This document shows positions 26,468-39,400 of a stretch of 64,000 nt of DNA, in pieces. Below the pieces are notes generated by a model, which was not told the origin of the DNA, searched no databases, and was given only the letters and a program-made list of their open reading frames with translations. The DNA lies in the NCBI RefSeq assembly GCF_964204865.1, contig NC_135253.1:17670001-17734000 (forward strand), given 5' to 3'. Position 1 is the stretch's first letter. Every line of letters starts with the position of its first letter. The stretch comes from Styela clava. Taxonomy: Eukaryota. Position numbers and translations under genes: made by a program.

Positions 26468-27447
26468 CGTCGGATAGGGACATGTTACTCAGGTACCGTA
26501 TGAATGAACGGGTACTATGGTATCGGAGATTACAGTGCGATAAGTTTAGAACTCCGATTTATTCCTCGACGTATTGAAATCTATAATTTACACCGGGCGG
26601 TTGATTTTTGAATATGTTATTAATACCGACATGTATGTAGATTTCTAGTATTACATAAAATAGAAAAAAGGTTCCATAGTTCTAGGTTGGTAGTAGGCAA
26701 TTTTCAACATCAAGTTATCCAGAGCTTGGAATATTATTCAGAAAAAAACTTACGCTGGCCAGGGAACGGATCTGCGAGTTGTAGAAAGTGTATGAAAATA
26801 AGCTTACAGCACTCATGGGTGAGTGTTAATCAAGCCCGCATTATATCTTACCAAGAAGAGACGTTCCGATTGCACAATTGATACACACCACTAGTCGCAC
26901 AGTATCCTGCTACTTGTCTGGAGCCTGGTTTTTGGGCAATACAATTCAATGAAAATCACGTCTGCTCTTTTGTGTGAGTAATAGCCCTTCACAAATCACT
27001 CAACATACCTGCTGAATTCTTAACTGTATTCAGAATACATCTAACAAACTAATCAGCGATAGGTATTACACAAGTTCCAAGATTTACTTTTATTGACATA
27101 ACAAACCTAAACAAAGCAATGTACAAGAGGCTTTCGCAACACCTGCTGTAATGCCAAGAGTTATGTCTGCTGCAAAGCTCCAAATTCAGACAGTGTCAAA
27201 AATGGGGAACATCTCCCATACACCACACTTTCAACAAACAAGTATTTGTATCTAATCAAATTGGTTCCAATATTAAGTAATTGGACATGCAACAACGCAA
27301 CAGTTGTCAAACGTAGTTCAGAAATAATTTTGAATAAACCAAGTTAATCATATATTAAAGAATGATGTCCAATGTTCGCAATTGCTTCCAACAACATCCT
27401 GATAAGCTGATCTCTTTTTGACAAAGAACTTTTGACATTAGTTATCC

Positions 27448-30400
27448 TCAGTCGTCATCATCATCGTCTGAATCTACGTCGTCTCCTTTCCCGCCACCTT
27501 CCTTTGTCGTGGCGATTTTGCCAAGGAAACGAAGTTGAAGAATCTTCAACTGTTTGTCAACATCCATCCGCACAATTCCATCTTTGTCATCTATACTTAT
27601 CAACTCTCCAGTCATTTCTCTGTCTTCTCCCAGAATAACTTTAACCTGTAAATGGAATGGTTTGTTAGAACTATATATTAAAGTGCATCTGAAATAATAA
27701 GAAAGTTCTAGTACAAAACACAAAATATTATAAAATATCTTTCAACCAGGCATTAGTGAATGGGTAGGTCATGTTAACAAACGACACCTTGAAGTCAATA
27801 TATACTCAATGGATTGAATTTAAAATGCAGTAGAGTTAAAATAAACAGGTATTATATTTAAACTTTTGTGGCGCAAAATGATAAGTTTCAAAACAAAACG
27901 ATTTTATATTATTACTAGAATCCATAATATAAACTATTGAATAGGATTCTTATGAAAGAATTTGAACATTCAATTTCTGCAGGTCAAGATATCATCGCAC
28001 CGAACCCACCTTATCATTTTTCCCAGGGACAACTGGTTCCAAATTTCCTCCTGCAACACTGATAGTTCGATCAATCTCTGGAATGTATGCATTGCACATT
28101 CCACCCTGAACAAAATATAAAGTCAATCATGAAAAAAATGCTTCTCAATGATGCAATACCACCACAAGAACTCACTTATGCATGAGTTCTTGCATTTGTT
28201 GGTGGTAACACCAAAGGTATATTATATAAACAAGGTAGGCAATACCGAAACAAAAGATTCCAGTTGTAGGTCCTTAAATACCAATGTGCCTTATACACAC
28301 TTGTTCAAGTAAAATGAAAGAAAGCCTAATAAAAAAAGAAACATAAAAAAGAGTGGATTGAATTGAGATCAACTTGCATTGCGTAAACTACTTTATTATT
28401 GAATTATGTTCAAGTTTTGCTGCACAGAAAATGATCCGAAAATAGCAAAAAGCTCATCCAAAATGACGTGATACTCTTTTAAATTAATTAAAAAATCCAC
28501 TTACAGTTATACTCCTGACGACGCCCAGTTTTCCAACGAGTTGTCCTTCATCATGACTATCTTTTACCATGACAACAATGTCCACAGTTTGCCAGTCTGT
28601 ATTTATTGCATGATCTAAAGCAGACCCAACTGATCCGGGTGTTGAGTATCCACCTCCAGGTGTCAACGGACTCGTGTAATCAGCGGGACTTGGAGTTGGC
28701 TGGTAACCGAGTGGTGACGGCGTAGCCTGAACGTTATAAATTGAACAAAAGAACAATGCTCAAATATATGGACTCCAAGTGACATATATGGTCATAACGA
28801 TATCAGCAAAATAAAAGCAAAATTTGAAAATGAAATTGCACAGAATGTCATATTAAAGTGTGCCGTGAATTATGAAAATCATCACAATTTGTGGTGAAAT
28901 GTATTTATTATCATGGGGCTAATGAGACAATTAGTCTCCTTCAACCGATTGGTTATTTAGTTGCAAAGAACATTGAATTTTTTCAAAACAATAACAATTT
29001 AGTCAAAGGAATCCATGTGTCTGCTTAGTATCCAATACCCCAATAGTCCATTCACATTTTAGTCTTAGCTTTTGATATATAAGAAAATGTCACCTGGAAA
29101 TTTCCTGGAGATGGTGTTTGATAACTTGAACCTCCCGGGGAAGGCTGATATCCTTGTGGAGATGGACTTGGTTGATAAGAACTTCCGGATGAATTGTATC
29201 CTGGACTTGTTGGCTGATACCCTGAACCCGCTGGACTTGGAGTAGCTGGAATTAAATTGAAAATACTTTTGTTAGAGGTGAAAAAATTGTTTTACCTTAG
29301 ACATAAATAGACTCGCAATCCAGGCTATAGCGAAGCTAGTCATATTTTTTCTACACAAAAAAATTGAAGTCGACTAAGCATTCCCAAAAGTCTGTTGAAA
29401 AAGTTTTTGTATGAATAGAGTCAAATTTTTTTTCAACTCTGAGACTGAAGTCAAGATGTGTTCAAGTGAGAGTCGTAGTCAAAATATTTTTCAATTCAAT
29501 GTCTGAATCAATTGTAGATATTTCCTTCACCGTACAGCTCCGCTTGAAATAATATGGATGCTATTTTGTGTCATAAACTAAACTAAACACATTGTTTGCA
29601 GCTAATAAGTACATACAAGATAACCGGACAGACATAGGTAGTAATCCCCATTGAAGATACATATCATTCACCATATTATATATTGGAAAATAAGCAAACT
29701 TTTTCTGTGGTAGAGTTTACATATTGAAAGCTTCAACCCAAAAGGGAAAAACTTGTGTACCTATTTATTAATATGGCAACAGAATTGATTATTTTTGCAG
29801 TCTATCAGCTTATCCATGTCATGTGAAAACATATATTCTTGTTTTTCCAATAACTCTAACTTTTTTATTAAAGTACGTCGCTCCAAATTTTGATCAGAAA
29901 ATCAGCTTGAAGAGCATCTATTTCTTTGTAATTTTTTCAATTATTTTTTTTTAGCACTAAAAATTTATATTTACCTTGATAAGCTTGGGGAGATGGTGAC
30001 GGAGCTCCATATGGTGAGTATGTCCTATCACCCGCGTAACTTCCTGGGGTTTGTGGGGGGTTAGAGTATGGAGCTTGTGGCGAGGGAACATCTGATGCAT
30101 AGCCTGGGGTTTGTGGGTTGGGTGTCGCCCCTCCAAATGGCGCAGGAGAAGCAGATTCATAATCATAGTCAAATTCAGAAGTACGAGCAGGAGTGTTTGC
30201 ATTAGTAGGATCCCAGGCACTTCCAGACTCTCGTGGAGTTCTACTGCCATCGTGCTGTGGTGTTTGAGCTCCATAATGAGGCGTTCTGCTCCCTACAAAA
30301 ATAAAATAAGGTTATCAAAACCCAATTCAACTTGAATATAAATGAAATACTAGTGGTCCCATCTGAAAATCTGAAACAGTTATAGTGCTTTTATATCTAT

Positions 30401-33400
30401 AATCCTGCAGTGATAAAATACGATCACTCTCCTTTTGTACTTTTCTCCCAGTGTACTTTTTAAATAGAACACAATTTCATAAATTGATCATGGAATAGAT
30501 CAAGATACTTCAAATAAGAAAAGGAAGATATGTACTAATGCATTTACAATAAATTGGGAACTGACTGAAATTCCATTACATGATAACACCATCAAAATAC
30601 ATTATTTTTCAACAGTATTTAGTGAGAAAAAATTAGATCAAAAAGTGGAGTATGAATAACAATTATTCCCCCTTATACAGTAAAAACCAGAAGGAGAAAA
30701 TTGTGATCAAAATAAATTCAAAAATCTTTAAAACCAAAGTCTTTAACATACCATCATGAAGTGGAGTTTGTGATCCATACATAGGAGTACGAGATCCAGC
30801 AGTTCCATACATTGGAGTTTGTGATCCCTGCATTGGAGTTCTCTGGTACGCAGTGCTTCGTCCTCCAGCTCCTGCTCTTTTATCCCTGAACAGATAAAAT
30901 CTTTTAATCTAGTGTTTGAAAAATAGGTCATATCAGTTATATTTTTTATGAATTGTTTCACACTTTCGGCTTTGAGAATTCCAGATTTACATATTTATAA
31001 CATGATAATGATATATAATACAAATGCTTGGAACATACTAAAAACCTAGTCCAAAGTCTCTTCTGAGTATTGGCAAACATATGACAATTCAAACTGCTTT
31101 AATAAAAAGAAGAAAGTCAACAAATTATTACTTACTAACAAATATAAAAAAACTACTCAATACATACATTGTTGAAAGTCTGCTTCTGTCAACAGATATA
31201 GTTTGGCAACTGGAATGTAATTCAATCCTGGCAGTAGATTCAGTGGCATCTTTAACGACACCGATATGTCCTTTATAAGGTCCTTGACGCACTCGTACTG
31301 TTTGACCTTTAAATTTTTTTTAAATTTATCAGAAAATTTAATTCAGATGCTTCAAATGCTCTGTCTACACCAACTGGAATTTACTGCCACATAATGCACA
31401 ACCATAATTCGTTATACTCGGAGCAGTCCACCGGTGCAAATTTTCTCAGAGATGAGTCTCTTTTACCTCTGAGTGAGTGCTCAAGTGTGTGTGACGTTAC
31501 TTTGAGCAAATTACTCAAAAAAAGTTCAACAGCAAACCGCAAGTATTTTTTAAATTATACAAAAAACTACGCTACAAAACATGCAACCAACAAAAGACGT
31601 AATGTGAACGAACCAATAATGCTTGTATCTCTTTGTCCTCTTCCTCTGCCGCGTCCTCCTCCACCACCAAAATTCCCACCCCCTCCTCCTCCTGAATCGT
31701 TTCTAGCAGGACTGCTTATTCTTGGACTTTGTGGTGCAAATATACCAATTCCCATCGCACTTGGCTTCAAAAATAAATAAATTTAAAGAATAAGTGCTTC
31801 AAGGATGGCTCACTTAGACATGCATCAATAACATGGTCATTAATCCATGAGGCTGGTTAGTTATGACTTTCTTTATGAACCACATCTAAGCAGAAGTAGT
31901 AATAAGTTGGGTAGGCAATATCAAACCGTAAAAGATTCTAGTTCTTCCAAAAAGAGTAGCTCATTTCATATAGTCATATATCGTTAGATATATCATACAT
32001 GCACTGGGCTTTGTTGAGAGCACAAGATGTGGATAAGTGCCGTACAAAGAATACAGACCTCCTGAAGTATGCGCACCAAGATGGCGCACAACCTGAACTC
32101 AGGTTGTGTAAAAGGTTAGGGTTCAGGTTGTGCGACATCTTGGTGCGCATACTTCAGGAGTACCAAGAAAACTAATAATAACGAGAATAACGGTCAGAAT
32201 ACTTATCGATCGAAAGTTAGAGGATCCCCCAAAACAGCGCTCTTACTCCATAGTGACATCTTGGGTCCAATTACTAATTAATTAATAACTCGCTAATTAT
32301 ACGACATAATTCATCCAAAATCAATAGGCTTCTGGTCCGACATATGATGAATGCACATGCAAAATCTGGAGCAGATTCAATCTCGCTTTCGTGAGATATC
32401 GCGTTCATCTAACAGACAGACAGACAAATACCTATCAACTAACTTACCGATTAAAATCAATGGGTAACACTAACACTACTCATCCTTTCATACCCATACA
32501 AAAACCATCATCTAATATTAAATATAGATATACTCCCAAATTACTTGCAACTTACCCTTGATCCACCAGCTAGAACACATTGTCTTGTTCTTACAACAAA
32601 TATTCCACCATTTTCAATCATTTTCTTTGACATAAGAAATGCATATCCTCTGTACAAATGCTTGATTTCACCTTCTCTGCCCTGAATTATCGAAACACAA
32701 CCCATTTAGTGAATCAGCTTCTCTAAATATTCTATGATTGACAGTTACCGCCTAAAATTATAATTCAACTCAGAGGAACTTTTGGTTGAAGAACTACAAA
32801 ATGCGACGTATAAGCCATTTGAAAACATTTTGAATCATTTTAATATATAAGTGCTGTATGTGAAACTATTGAATCACAAATGAAAACTGACAATTTGAAT
32901 TACCAAAAGCAAAAAATAAATGCAAGTTATGCAACATAAATTATGAGGTTTTCGCTGATAATTATTGCTCCGTTTCATTTAAATATTTAAAAACACTAGT
33001 TCCATGCATCTGGAACAAATATATAAAACTAACTTTCTTCTCTGCAGAATATAAATATTAAGAAATTCATAAAAAATCATGAAAATCAAATATTGAAATT
33101 ACCGAGTGTGCACCATCAATAACTTTGACAATATCTTTAACTTGTATGCTGTTTTGTTCTGCGTCGAGAGCAACAGCATTTCTTGTGTCACGTCGTCTCG
33201 TTACTGCCTGATGTTTCATCTGTTTGAGTTTACCATGCATCGACAAAACTTGAAAATTTTCTCTCTCCAATCTGACAATCACTCCAACTGTCTGATTACT
33301 AAAGCAAAAAATGCGGTGTGTAATAAATTGAAGACGATGACAAACTGGAGAGATTCCGGCCTTTTAATGAAAAATACTGTAGGTCAGGGCTACTCAACTA

Positions 33401-36400
33401 TTTTTTCCAAAAACTTCAAAATTATTTGGGTCCAGTGTTTCCAGAAATCAGATTTTGACATCCTTAAACGCGCACTTCCTCGGCCGGCTAATGATAATTA
33501 GCAAATCAAGATTGTTTATTATGGCGTTATAGTTCTTTTCATAGATATTCAAAACAATAAAAGTCATTTTATAAAGTAAAACTTTAAAGTGGGGCTAATA
33601 ATTCAAAATAAAGAAGTAGTTGAGGTCCAAATCAAATACTCGAAAGGTCCGGATTCGAAACGCGGTCCGCCAGTTGAGTAGCCCTGCTGTAGGTCCTTAC
33701 ATACCGTTATACACCAGTTGCTGCTTTTACAAGTAAGAGGGAATGGTGTAATGAGCTGATAGCACAAAATATCAATTCCATGGCATTCCAATGGCCACCG
33801 CTACATTTTGCTCAAAAAGAAGTCTCATTTACTTCTGAATGACCTCAATTTGAGCTACTACTCTTCTAAAATACGCAATTGCCGAATATGAGGTAAATTT
33901 GAAAAAATATTCAAATGATATTGAATTGGGTGAATTGAATTTAAATAATGCAATACTTGGGACCTTTTAGATGCCAGTCGAATTAATAAAACATAGTCTC
34001 ACAACGCAGCACGAAGAAGAAATATGATTGCTATCGCATTATCTGAATAAAATTTATCAATGCTATTCTAAGTCAGTGTATATAATAAACTTTTTTTTCC
34101 ATTTTTTCATTATTATCAATGGTTGCTTGTCTGGAGCCTTGTTAAGAGCATAGGTACACAAAAAACATAGAAAATTCACTAAACGCCAACTTACTCGATC
34201 ATGACCAGATCACCAAATTGGAACTTTCCTACAGAGTCTACACCAGAACTAACATCAGCACACAACTGCAAATCTCTTGGCAATACTTTCATTTCATGCA
34301 TTGTTAGATCAGAGAACAGAACAACCATACGTTCTTCAACTCTCACTATTAGACCTGTGATTGAATGAAAAGAAAGGAATAAGCCTCAGACTTTTTTCGG
34401 ATTTTCTAATCTATCAATTATTATTCAGTAGAAATGTGCAGAAACCTTCCAACTGCAAAATGTTTCATTTGCTCTAGACAAGCAAGTCACTGTGTGGTAT
34501 TACTTCAAATTAGTCTAGACCAGTGGTTCCCAAACTAGGGTCCGCGGACCTTTTGGGGTCCGCGAAGCACTTTCGGAAGGTCCGCGAAAGAAATCTGTTT
34601 TATGCCTCATAGTGAAATAATGCAAAAAATAAGTGCTTAAATTTGCAAATTTGACGCCTTTTGAGCTCCACAATCACTGATCGTTCACTTTTTGTTTCGA
34701 TCACGTTGTCCCATTGTGATGTCACAAAGCAGCGGATCTATGACATCACAGACAAAGTTCAATTGCTGCCACTATAAGTTAACTAACTGCCGAGGTGTAG
34801 CTTACCCTGCCTTTGCGCGTCTGTTGGTATAGGATGGAGTTACAGTAGGTAGTTTATAAAGTATGCCAGTCCGCTTCGAAACGGACTTTTTTAAATTCAT
34901 GTTCACAGTAAGTGCATTTTAATTTTGGTGAATAATAAACTACTGACTGACGTTAAGTAGAGAGTAGTCAGAGAGGCACTACGTTTAGTTTTTAGCTGTC
35001 AAATTTAGTCTTTGACACATGGTAACGGTATGCATATATTTTTACGTTTTCACTCTGTAATATTAACTTCAAAATGTCTTTTAAAATTCTGATGTTAGTT
35101 AGTGTGATAACCACAGGTGAAGAGAAGGTTTTTCACTATACCGTACGACGCATTTATTTTTTTTGTTGTGATCTTTTAATGTTTAATTTAAGTGCATAGG
35201 GCTGCGAATCATTAAAAAAATTGAAAGGGGTCCGTCGTGGAATTTTTTTGAAAAAGTTTGGGAACCACTGGTCTAGACAATCTAATACGTTACAGCCATT
35301 GGGATTACAAATGAGTTGAAAATTGAAAAGTAAACAACGTACCTGTATCTCCATCATATCTTCCTGCAATAACTTTAACATGATCTCCCATTTGAAAATG
35401 TTTTCTTAATTCGTGAACTGGAAATTCTAGAGGATCCTAGAAGAAAAGAAAATTGAAAATATATTACAGCACAAAAATTCATCAATCACATCAGAAAAGG
35501 AATAAACTCTTTCTTTGATACTGCATAGGTTGCAGTCGCAAAATATTTAACTTAAACATAACTGTAAAAGCCAAAGTGAAGTGTTTTTTGGTCATTTGAT
35601 ATTACTAGTATCAAAATGTATTCAGGAGAATCAGGGCATTCAATGAGCAATAATATGATTTAAGTTGAATATCTCTAGATAAAGTGTTGGCAATGGTTTA
35701 TATCACAACAGAACTTCTGCGATTTGCAAAACTTGTGATAGTGTTAAAGATTGTTACACATATGGTAATTTAAAAACTTCAACCAGACGTCGAACAGAGA
35801 TAGTATTTTAAATGATTCAAAGTCTAAGAACAACCGATTGATATGATGATATTATCACTCACACAAACACTTACATTTAGATCTTCATGCTTAGGCATGA
35901 TTGTTATTTTATTTCCTTTTACACTGATAACTCTTCCTTGTAGATTGATGAGTTCTCCTTCACAAACTTCCACATTATCACCAGGGGCAAAACTATGTTC
36001 TTTCTCAGCTTTAGTTGTACTTTCAGCCACCACTGCAATTCAAATTTAACGCCATAAATAGGTCTATATTCCAATTGAAAAACAGTAAATTTTACTGATA
36101 AAGCTTAATGTTATCAGTGGAACATATCACAATACTATCTGACACTAGTTCAGTTGGAGTCCTATCTTCAAGGTCCATAGATTCAATAAAACATAAGAGC
36201 TTCACAAAGAATGAATTCAATATGAAAATTTCCAAAGATTTTGCTACTTGGATTTAAACTGAAGTCCAACTTACATTCAATATCAACACCTTCAGGTTGT
36301 TCTTCAAATTTCTCAAGTTCAGATAATGTTGGTCTGACTCCATCTACTGTCTAAAAATAAATACAAACAAATTTGAGTGAAAGTTTTACTTAATTAAAAG

Positions 36401-39400
36401 TGACGTCAAACAGAAATATTCCAGACCCCGTCCTGCCCAACCCACAAGGCGTCTACACATACACGGCTGCTTTTCCAATGGCATACAAGATAAAAATGAA
36501 GAACACTCTATTAAAAACAACTGAAAAACTCGGACTGGGCTGAGGTCTGGGGGCGTCAGCTTTGATAGGCATGATTTAGAATAGTGATGTTAATAGTTTT
36601 CTCATGACACGCGTTGAATTAAACTTCTAGTTACATTTTCAATACTTTAATCATTGCTTGCAAGTTTTTGCACTAACCCTATGCCCACATTTCTTCTGTA
36701 TAATGAAATGGACTATTTTTTAACAAAAATGAACTTACAATTGCAGACAAGGAGAAGTTCTTGTATAGAAAACCTTTCCTGCTGAATCTGTTTCCTTCAA
36801 ATATTAGAAAATCAGCATCTGTTGTCACTTCACCACCAATGGCCCTGAAGTGTGAATGGTTACGAACTTACAATAAGATAGGTGAAACGCAAAACTAGAG
36901 AATGTTTTCTCATGTCAAGAAAATTCATCACAAAAAGAAAAGAAAAACCTTTTATTTTATTTTACTGATGGAACTTGTTAGCAAATAAGTCATTCATTTA
37001 ATTTCTGATGAATGTAGCAGGTGTAAATCCAATTAAAACTATAAATATCAACTTTTTTTGCCTTATGAAATACAATCCCTATTACCATATAAACATGTTT
37101 GTCTTTTGCTAAGACCAACTCAGAACATAATATATTTAATAACATTTTTTCAGAATTTATTCGACCATCCCTGGCCCAAACATACCTAACTGCATCAACA
37201 TCAAACAACTTTTGTGGAGGTTTCTTGTATAATTTTCTTTTTTCTCTATTTTCAGAATCTGTACCTCTATAAACACCTCGTAATCTTGTGTAATCAATGC
37301 GAGGAATTAACTTCAATGAAACTTGATTCTGACTTGGCTCAACATAGTCAACCTGCATCAAATAAATAGATATTTCATAATAAGTTTTTCAAGTGTCAAT
37401 TAAAGCAGTGTTACCCAACCTATGGGTCGTGACCCAAAATCTTAAAGTTAGTGATTTTACTTTGTAGTCGATTTTGATGTTTATTTTTGTATTTTGTATT
37501 GAATTGAAGCGTTGCTCAATAGTAATTATATATGTGGAAAGTATAACAGCGCCGAAACTTCTAAGTATCTGACTTGTTTTAGTTAAGCCATGACCTGATC
37601 TCAAAAAATCGCTGATGGCAAATACATATTAATTAATATTTGAGCGCGAGATTTAACAAATTTTTTTTTTACAAACTTGGGTCGCCTGAAAAAAACATTG
37701 GGAACCCCTGCATTAAAGGGTGTTGGGAGTTAGGGTTACCATACTTTTTCCACAAAAAAAAAAAATTGACAACGCGCCTTAAACATTTGGCAAACCACAG
37801 CCATGAATGATCTGCGATTCATGTGAACCCCCAATAACACGAGGTCAGCAATCCTCTGGCACATATTTATCTCACATGGGATACGCATACATGTCAAAAT
37901 AATTCCAGTATTCAATCCAATATCTAAGTGAATTTTGTTCATAGCCTTGATGAGCAAGGTGTTGTTAAGCTGCTAAGCATTCAACAATAATAATTTAAAT
38001 ATAAATTTCGCAATGTACATTTCAGGTAGATTACTATTGAGCATCAGGCATCTCAGTGTACAGTGACTTATTTGGAGTGAAATCAGTGCAAGAGCATCAT
38101 ACACAAATATAATACAGTACTGGTCACCTGCGCTAAATCATCCTTGAAAATTCCCTTTTTTAATCGAACCCACATTTTAGGTTTTAAATTTGTAACTTCT
38201 TTCAAAACTTTCATAACATCAGGCATTTCTTTTGTAGGAACCATCTGTTGTTTATAATATCCAAGTCTCAAGTTTCCAATTCCTTCAATTGCTTGTTTTA
38301 CATGAGTTTGCTTGAATGATTCAATGTAAATATAACCTAGTAAAATTTAAATATAAAAATTAACGAAACTGTGGAAGAATTTTCAAGTTTATTATATGAA
38401 ATGATGAGATGGCGTTGTTCAGTGGTACCCAACCTACAGGCATGGGCGGACGCTTCCGAGTGTGGCATGTCAATCCATTTCATAAAAAATTAATTTTTAT
38501 CCACAAAAGATTAGAAATGTTTAAAATGGGCAAATCCGCTGAAATTAATGTTAAGAGAGAAGTACGACTGACTGGCTGTATCAGGCCTTCAGACACATTA
38601 TGGTTGTTGATGTGCGCTGAAAAGTTGTTCCAATTTTAAATAGCCTATTATAGTTCGATTATCAATAGAGATGCTAAACATATTCCAAATAAATTTGATA
38701 TAAATTTCAATCAATCTTGTGAAATTTTACTTCAAAAACAATAATTATCGACAGGTAATATTCAGAGAATGCCTTCAAATTTATTTATTGCTTTATTTGA
38801 TATCAATCCAACAACAATATCTCACCCTTCAGACCCTCAGGTGCTACCACGGACTTGATCTGCAAAGGTGTTTCCCCGTATTGCATTGCCACAAATTTTC
38901 TCATCAGTTGAAGCACTGTAGCTTTTTCTTCCCCAATCTTGCATTTGACCGTCCATAAGTTTGGATCTTTGACATCAGGCAGTAACTGTTGTTGGCTGAT
39001 TTCATCAGGCATTTCATATTCTCCTCCATAACTGAATGTGGATGCAAGAAATGTTTGAATAATTAGCAAAATATAAGTAACTTCCAATATTTGTGTTTGT
39101 ATTCAGATTTATAGGACTAGCATCAAAGCAGGAATGCCATTGATCATCATATGCCCGAACCAATTTTGGCCAGGCACAGGTATTCCCGACATATATTTAT
39201 TTTTAACTTAAAAAAAAACTGAAATAACTCCTCCCGGTGATCAAAATAGCATGGATTTCCTAAAATATTTGATGCTTATGATAAAAGTCATATAGCCTAC
39301 CATACTTTGGCTTCCAAATAATGTGTTTTCATATTATTAAATTGTATACTATACTACAACATTATTTATTCAAGAATATTAAATTATTTAGACAGACTTT

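Noticed and set aside
26288-27448. SPT5-MYG1 as an operon
   Set aside because: The SPT5 poly(A) signal is at ~27090, and a CpG-rich promoter-like stretch lies directly upstream of MYG1.
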